Assembly (NCBI GenBank): GCA_964057225.1
Contig: OZ059896.1
Location: forward strand, 3,162,001 to 3,226,000
Length of the DNA stretch: 64,000 nt
Direction of reading: 5' to 3'
DNA from: Auanema rhodensis
Taxonomy: Eukaryota > Animalia > Nematoda
Below are positions 56,101-64,000 of the stretch, in pieces. The position numbers and the translations under genes are program-made. The notes below the pieces were generated by a model. That model saw nothing but the letters and a program-made list of their open reading frames with translations, was not told the origin of the DNA and searched no databases. How positions within the stretch are numbered: the first letter of the stretch is position 1; every line of letters starts with the position of its first letter.

Positions 56101-59100
56101 ATAAAATCAAGTATTAAAAACAAAAAAAAAGTATCAAGAAGGATTTTCAGTAAGAAAACATGAAGAAATTTTAACAAATACAAAGAAGAATGAAAAAATT
56201 ATCAAGAGATGCATAACGTATTATAGAGTATCAGTAAACATTTTAAATATGAACAGGTTTCAAAAAAAGTTATAACAAGTCATGGTAAAATCAAGTTTTA
56301 AAAGCAAAGAAGAAGTATCAAGAAGGATTTTCAGTAAGAAAACATGAAGAAATTTTAACAAATACAAAAAAGAATGAGAAAATTATCGAAAGATGCATAA
56401 CATATTATAGAGTATCAGTAAACATTTAAAATATGAACAGGTTTCAAAAAAAGTAATATCATTTCATGGGGAAGTATTAAAAGCAAAGAAGAAGTATCAA
56501 GAAGGATTTTCAATAAGAAAACATGAAGAAATTTTAACAAATACAAAGAAGAATGAGAAAATTATCAAGAAATGTATAACGTATTATAGAGTATCAGTAA
56601 ACATTTAAAATATGAACAGGTTTCAAAAAAAGTAATATCAATTCATGGGAAAATCGAGTTTTAAAAGCAAAGAAGAAGTATCAAGAAGGATTTTCAGTAA
56701 GAAAACATGAAGAAATTTTCAAGAATACAAAGAAGAATGAGAAAATTATCAGGAGATGTACAAAGTATACTAGAGTAAACTATTATTTATTCCATGAACA
56801 GGATACGAAAGAAAGTTATAACAAGTCATGGTAAAATCAAGTATTAAAAACAAAAAAAAGTATCAAGAAGCATTTTCAGTAAGAAAACATGAAGAAATTT
56901 TAACAAATACAAATAAGAATGAGAAAATTATCAAGAGATATATAACGTACTATAGAGTATCAGTAAACATTTTAAATATGAACAGGTTTCAAAAAAAGTT
57001 ATAACAAGTCATGGTAAAATCAAGTTTTAAAAGCAAAGAAGAAGTATCAAGAAGGATTTTCAGTAAGAAAACATGAAGAAATTTTAACAAATACAAATAA
57101 GAATGAGAAAATTATCAAGAAATGTACAAAGTATACTAGAGTAAACTATTATTTATTCCATGAACAGGATACGAAAGAAAGTTATAACAAGTCATGGTAA
57201 AATCAAGTATTAAAAACAAAAAAAAAGTATCAAGAAGCATTTTCAGTAAGAAAACATGAAGAAATTTTAACAAATACAAATAAGAATGAGAAAATTATCA
57301 AGAAATGTACAAAGTATACTAGAGTAAATAATTATTTACTACATGAACAAGATACGAAAGAAAGTAATATCAAGTCATGATAAAATCAAGTATTAAAAAC
57401 AAAGAAGAAGTATCAAGAAGGATTTTCAATAAGAAAACATGAAGAAATTTTAACAAATACAAAGAAGAATGAGAAAATTATCAAGAAATGTATAACGTAT
57501 TATAGAGTATCAGTAAACATTTAAAATATGAACAGGTTTCAAAAAAAGTAATATCAATTCATGGGAAAATCGAGTTTTAAAAGCAAAGAAGAAGTATCAA
57601 GAAGGATTTTCAGTAAGAAAACATGAAGAAATTTTTAAGAATACAAAGAAGAATGAGAAAATTATCAAGAAATGTACAAAGTATACTAGAGTAAATAATT
57701 ATTTACTACATGAACAAGATACGAAAGAAAGTAATATCAAGTCATGATAAAATCAAGTTTTAAAAACAAAAAAAAGTATCAAGAAGCATTTTCAGTAAGA
57801 AAACATGAAGAAATTTTAACAAATACAAATAAGAATGAGAAAATTATCAAGAGATATATAACGTACTATAGAGTATCAGTAAACATTTTAAATATGAACA
57901 GGTTTCAAAAAAAGTTATAACAAGTCATGGTAAAATCAAGTTTTAAAAGCAAAGAAGAAGTATCAAGAAGGATTTTCAGTAAGAAAACATGAAGAAATTT
58001 TAACAAATACAAAAAAGAATGACAAAATTATCGAAAGATGTACAAAGTATACTAGAGTATCAGTAAACATTTAAAATATGAACAGGTTTCAACAAAAGTA
58101 AAATCAAGTCATGATAAAATCAAGTATTAAAAACAAAAAAAAAGTATCAAGAAGCATTTTCAGTAAGAAAACAGGAAGAAATTTTAACAAATACAAAAAA
58201 GAATGAGAAAATTATCAAGAGATGTACAAAATATACTAGAGTAAAATATTATTTATTCCATGAACATGATACGAAAGAAAGTTATAACAAGTCATGGTAA
58301 AATCAAGTATTAAAAACAAAAAAAAGTATCAAGAAGCATCTTCAGTAGGAAAACATGAAGAAATTTTAACAAATACACAGAAGAATGAGAAAATTATCAA
58401 GAGATATATAACGTACTATAGAGTATCAGTAAACATTTTAAATATGAACAGGTTTCAAAAAAAGTTATAACAAGTCATGGTAAAATCAAGTTTTAAAAGC
58501 AAAGAAGAAGTATCAAGAAGGATTTTCAGTAAGAAAACATGAAGAAATTTTAACAAATACAAAAAAGAATGAGAAAATTATCGAAATATGCATAACATAT
58601 TATAGAGTATCAGTAAACATTTGGAATATGAACAGGTTTCAAAAAAAGTAATATCAATTCATGGGGAAGTATTAAAAGCAGAGAAGAAGTATCAAGAAGG
58701 ATTTTCAGTAAGAAAACATGAAGAAATTTTAACAAATACAAAGAAGAATGAAAAAATTATCAAGAGATGCATAACGTATTATAGAGTATCAGTAAACATT
58801 TAAAATATGAACAGATTTCGAAAAAAGTAATATCATTTCATGGGGAAGTATTAAAAGCAAAGAAGAAGTATCAAGAAGGATTTTCAATAAGAAAACATGA
58901 AGAAATTTCAACAAATACAAATAAGAATGAGAAAATTATCAAGAGATATATAACGTACTATAGAGTATCAGTAAACATTTTAAATATAAACAGGTTTCAA
59001 AAAAAGTTATAACAAGTCATGGTAAAATCAAGTTTTAAAAGCAAAGAAGAAGTATCAAGAAGGATTTTCAATAAGAAAACATGAAGATATTTCAACAAAT

Positions 59101-62100
59101 ACAAATAAGAATGAGAAAATTATCAAGAGATATATAACGTACTATAGAGTATCAGTAAACATTTTAAATATGAACAGGTTTCAAAAAAAGTTATAACAAG
59201 TCATGGTAAAATCAAGTTTTAAAAGAAAAGAAGAAGTATCAAGAAGGATTTTCAGTAAGAAAACATGAAGAAATTTTAACAAATACAAAAAAGAATGAGA
59301 AAATTATCGAAAGATGCATAACATATTATAGAGTATCAGTAAACATTTTAAATATGAACAGGTTTCAAAAAAAGTTATAACAAGTCATGGTAAAATCAAG
59401 TTTTAAAAGCAAAGAAGAAGTATCAAGAAGGATTTTCAGTAAGAAAACATGAAGAAATTTTAACAAATACAAAAAAGAATGAGAAAATTATCGAAATATG
59501 CATAACATATTATAGAGTATCAGTAAACATTTGGAATATGAACAGGTTTCAAAAAAAGTAATATCAATTCATGGGGAAGTATTAAAAGCAGAGAAGAAGT
59601 ATCAAGAAGGATTTTCAGTAAGAAAACATGAAGAAATTTTAACAAATACAAAGAAGAATGAAAAAATTATCAAGAGATGCATAACGTATTATAGAGTATC
59701 AGTAAACATTTGAAATATGAACAGGTTTCAAAAAAAGTAATATCAATTCATGGGGAAGTATTAAAAGCAGAGAAGAAGTATCAAGAAGGATTTTCAGTAA
59801 GAAAACATGAAGAAATTTTTAACAAATACAAAGAAGAATGAAAAAATTATCAAGAGATGCATAACGTATTATAGAGTATCAGTAAACATTTAAAATATGA
59901 ACAGGTTTCAAAAAAAGTTATAACAAATCATGGTAAAATCAAGTTTTAAAAGCAAAGAAGAAGTATCAAGAAGGATTTTCAATAAGAAAACATGAAGATA
60001 TTTCAACAAATACAAATAAGAATGAGAAAATTATCAAGAGATATATAACGTACTATAGAGTATCAGTAAACATTTTAAATATGAACAGGTTTCAAAAAAA
60101 GTTATAACAAGTCATGGTAAAATCAAGTTTTAAAAGAAAAGAAGAAGTATCAAGAAGGATTTTCAGTAAGAAAACATGAAGAAATTTTAACAAATACAAA
60201 AAAGAATGAGAAAATTATCGAAAGATGCATAACATATTATAGAGTATCAGTAAACATTTGAAATATGAACAGGTTTCAAAAAAAGTAATATCAATTCATG
60301 GGGAAGTATTAAAAGCAGAGAAGAAGTATCAAGAAGGATTTTCAGTAAGAAAACATGAAGAAATTTTAACAAATACAAAGAAGAATGAAAAAATTATCAA
60401 GAGATGCATAACGTATAATAGAGTATCAGTAAACATTTAAAATATGAACAGGTTTCAAAAAAAGTAATATCATTTCATGGGGAAGTATTAAAAGCGAAGA
60501 AGAAGTATCAAGAAGGATTTTCAATAAGAAAACATGAAGAAATTTCAACAAATACAAATAAGAATGAGAAAATTATCAAGAGATGTACAAAGTATACTAG
60601 AGTAAACTATTATTTATTCCATGAACATGATACGAAAGAAAGTAATATCAAGTCAAGGTAAAATCAAGTATTAAAAACAAAAAAAAGTATCAAGAAGCAT
60701 TTTCAGTAAGATAACATGAAGAAATTTCAACAAATACAAATAAGAATGAGAAAATTATCAAGAGATGTATAACATATTATAGAGTATCAGTAAACATTTA
60801 AAATATGAACAGGTTTCAAAAAAGGTAATATCATTTCATGGGGAAGTATTAAAAGCAAAGAAGAAGTAACAAGAAGGATTTTCAATAAGAAAACATGAAG
60901 AAATTTCAACAAATACAAATAAGAATGAGAAAATTATCAAGAGATATATAACGTACTATAGAGTATCAGTAAACATTTTAAATATGAACAGGTTTCAAAA
61001 AAAGTTATAACAAGTCATGGTAAAATCAAGTTTTAAAAGCAAAGAAGAAGTATCAAGAAGGATTTTCAGTAAGAAAACATGAAGAAATTTTAACAAATAC
61101 AAAAAAGAATGAGAAAATTATCGAAAGATGCATAACATATTATAGAGTATCAGTAAACATTTAAAATATGAACAGGTTTCAAAAAAAGTAATATCATTTC
61201 ATGGGGAAGTATTAAAAGCGAAGAAGAAGTATCAAGAAGGATTTTCAATAAGAAAACATGAAGAAATTTCAACAAATACAAATAAGAATGAGAAAATTAT
61301 CAAGAGATGTACAAAGTATACTAGAGTAAACTATTATTTATTCCATGAACATGATACGAAAGAAAGTAATATCAAGTCAAGGTAAAATCAAGTATTAAAA
61401 ACAAAAAAAAGTATCAAGAAGCATTTTCAGTAAGATAACATGAAGAAATTTCAACAAATACAAATAAGAATGAGAAAATTATCAAGAGATGTATAACATA
61501 TTATAGAGTATCAGTAAACATTTAAAATATGAACAGGTTTCAAAAAAGGTAATATCAATTCATGGGTAAGTATTAAAAGCAGAGAAGAAGTAACAAGAAG
61601 GATTTTCAATAAGAAAACATGAAGAAATTTCAACAAATACAAATAAGAATGAGAAAATTATCAAGAGATATATAACGTACTATAGAGTATCAGTAAACAT
61701 TTTAAATATGAACAGGTTTCAAAAAAAGTTATAACAAGTCATGGTAAAATCAAGTTTTAAAAGCAAAGAAGAAGTATCAAGAAGGATTTTCAGTAAGAAA
61801 ACATGAAGAAATTTTAACAAATACAAAAAAGAATGAGAAAATTATCGAAAGATGCATAACATATTATAGAGTATCAGTAAACATTTGAAATATGAACAGG
61901 TTTCAAAAAAAGTAATATCAATTCATGGGGAAGTATTAAAAGCAGAGAAGAAGTATCAAGAAGGATTTTCAGTAAGAAAACATGAAGAAATTTTAACAAA
62001 TACAAAGAAGAATGAAAAAATTATCAAGAGATGCATAACGTATAATAGAGTATCAGTAAACATTTAAAATATGAACAGGTTTCAAAAAAAGTAATATCAT

Positions 62101-62265
62101 TTCATGGGGAAGTATTAAAAGCAAAGAAGAAGTATCAAGAAGGATTTTCAATAAGAAAACATGAAGAAATTTCAACAAATACAAAGAAGAATGAGAAAAT
62201 TATCAAGAGATGTATAACATATTATAGAGTATCAGTAAACATTTAAAATATGAACAGGTTTCAAA
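41150..62265 (+). repeat. About 10.9/10.2-kb tandem duplication within satellite B
   Basis: ORF-track hits at 48405/49315/50042/51669 recur at +10216 (58621/59531/60258/61885). Upstream of the MITE site the offset is 10888 (41174 vs 52062). Boundaries approximate. Confidence 0.85.
42400..42884. mobile_element. Second copy of the same MITE (485 bp), duplicated together with its flanks
   Basis: Same as copy 1 by eye except C13/G12 versus C11/G11 homopolymers. Same TSD (42392-42399, 42885-42892) and same flanking monomer variants, 3963 bp downstream. Confidence 0.93.
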
Positions 62266-62506
62266 AAAGGTAATATCATTTCATGGGGAAGTATTAAAAG
62301 CAAAGAAGAAGTAACAAGAAGGATTTTCAATAAGAAAACATGAAGAAATTTCAACAAATACAAATAAGAATGAGAAAATTATCAAGAGATATATAACGTA
62401 CTATAGAGTATCAGTAAACATTTTAAATATGAACAGGTTTCAAAAAAAGTTATAACAAGTCATGGTAAAATCAAGTTTTAAAAGCAAAGAAGAAGTATCA
62501 AGAAGG

Positions 62507-64000
62507 TTCTTTCATTCTTATTTGTATTTGTTGAAATTTCTTCATGTTTTCTTATTGAAAATCCTTCTTGATACTTCTTCTTTGCTTTTAATACTTCCCC
62601 ATGAAATGATATTACTTTTTTTGAAACCTGTTCATATTTTAAATGTTTACTGATACTCTATAATACGTTATGCATCTCTTGATAATTTTTTCATTCTTCT
62701 TTGTATTTGTTAAAATTTCTTCATGTTTTCTTATTGAAAATCCTTCTTGATACTTCTTCTTTGCTTTTAATACTTCCCCATGAAATGATATTACTTTTTT
62801 TGAAACCTGTTCATATTTTAAATGTTTACTGATACTCTATAATACGTTATGCATCTCTTGATAATTTTTTCATTCTTCTTTGTATTTGTTAAAATTTCTT
62901 CATGTTTTCTTATTGAAAATCCTTCTTGATACTTCTTCTTTGCTTTTAATACTTCCCCATGAAATGATATTACTTTTTTCGAAATCTGTTCATATTTTAA
63001 ATGTTTACTGATACTCTATAATACGTTATGCATCTCTTGATAATTTTTTCATTCTTCTTTGTATTTGTTAAAATTTCTTCATGTTTTCTTACTGAAAATC
63101 CTTCTTGATACTTCTTCTCTGCTTTTAATACTTCCCCATGAATTGATATTACTTTTTTCGAAATCTGTTCATATTCCAAATGTTTACTGATACTCTATAA
63201 TATGTTATGCATCTTTCGATAATTTTCTCATTCTTTTTTGTATTTGTTGAAATTTCTTCATGTTATCTTACTGAAAATGCTTCTTGATACTTTTTTTTGT
63301 TTTTAATACTTCCCCATGAAATGATATTACTTTTTTTGAAATCTGTTCATATTTTAAATGTTTACTGATACTCTATAATACGTTATGCATCTCTTGATAA
63401 TTTTTTCATTCTTCTTTGTATTTGTTAAAATTTCTTCATGTTTTCTTATTGAAAATCCTTCTTGATACTTCTTCTTTGCTTTTAATACTTCCCCATGAAA
63501 TGATATTACTTTTTTTGAAACCTGTTCATATTTTAAATGTTTACTGATACTCTATAATACGTTATGCATCTCTTGATAATTTTTTCATTCTTCTTTGTAT
63601 TTGTTAAAATTTCTTCATGTTTTCTTATTGAAAATCCTTCTTGATACTTCTTCTTTGCTTTTAATACTTCCCCATGAAATGATATTACTTTTTTTGAAAT
63701 CTGTTCATATTTTAAATGTTTACTGATACTCTATAATACGTTATGCATCTCTTGATAATTTTTTCATTCTTCTTTGTATTTGTTAAAATTTCTTCATGTT
63801 TTCTTACTGAAAATCCTTCTTGATACTTCTTCTCTGCTTTTAATACTTCCCCATGAATTGATATTACTTTTTTTGAAACCTGTTCATATTCCAAATGTTT
63901 ACTGATACTCTATAATATGTTATGCATCTTTCGATAATTTTCTCATTCTTTTTTGTATTTGTTGAAATTTCTTCATGTTATCTTACTGAAAATGCTTCTT
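62507..64000 (-). repeat. Satellite B in reverse orientation, 179-bp class monomers, about 715-bp 4-mer repeat; open at the right edge
   Basis: After ...TCAAGAAGG (62506) the sequence reads as the reverse complement of the monomer. Period is 179, and equivalent ORF hits at 62997 and 63712 are 715 bp apart. Confidence 0.97.

Larger units (their letters stand above)
33511..62506 (+). repeat. Satellite array B, A-rich orientation: about 150 monomers of 184 bp and 179 bp with nested higher-order repeats
   Basis: ATCAGTAAAC recurs at 33681, 33860, 34044, 34228 (179/184 spacing). Conserved core AGTATCAAGAAG..TTTTCAGTAAGAAAACATGAAGAAATTT. The two length classes differ by a 5-bp indel after CATGG. 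Confidence 0.99.

Noticed and set aside
48405-63894. 60-63 aa ORFs (MEYEQVSKK...)
   Set aside because: Chance open frames of one 179-bp monomer variant with TTG starts; neighbouring monomers contain stops.
1-64000. CRISPR-like repeat/spacer array
   Set aside because: Whole monomers are repeated; there are no unique spacers and no cas genes.

Overview
Eukaryotic, very AT-rich heterochromatin-type DNA with no intact protein-coding gene; all ORF-track hits are by-products of tandem repeats. It contains: (1) 1-32424, about 92 head-to-tail copies of a 351-bp (sometimes 353-bp) satellite whose monomer is a chain of hairpins; (2) a roughly 850-bp unique junction (32425-33271) carrying relics of a replication-dependent histone locus: a C. 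elegans-type 3' stem-loop (GGCCCTCTTTAGGGCC), a TATA promoter and the first 12 codons of histone H4, all bracketed by a perfect 24-bp inverted repeat; (3) about 33272-64000, a second 179/184-bp satellite that switches orientation twice (about 33511 and 62507), shows nested higher-order duplications (about 0.37, 0.72, 0.91, 1.47, 3.96 and 10.2-10.9 kb) and carries two copies of a 482/485-bp TIR element (MITE) with an 8-bp TSD; a third, paralogous site lacks the element plus one monomer. The CTTT-loop histone hairpin suggests a nematode host (inference only).
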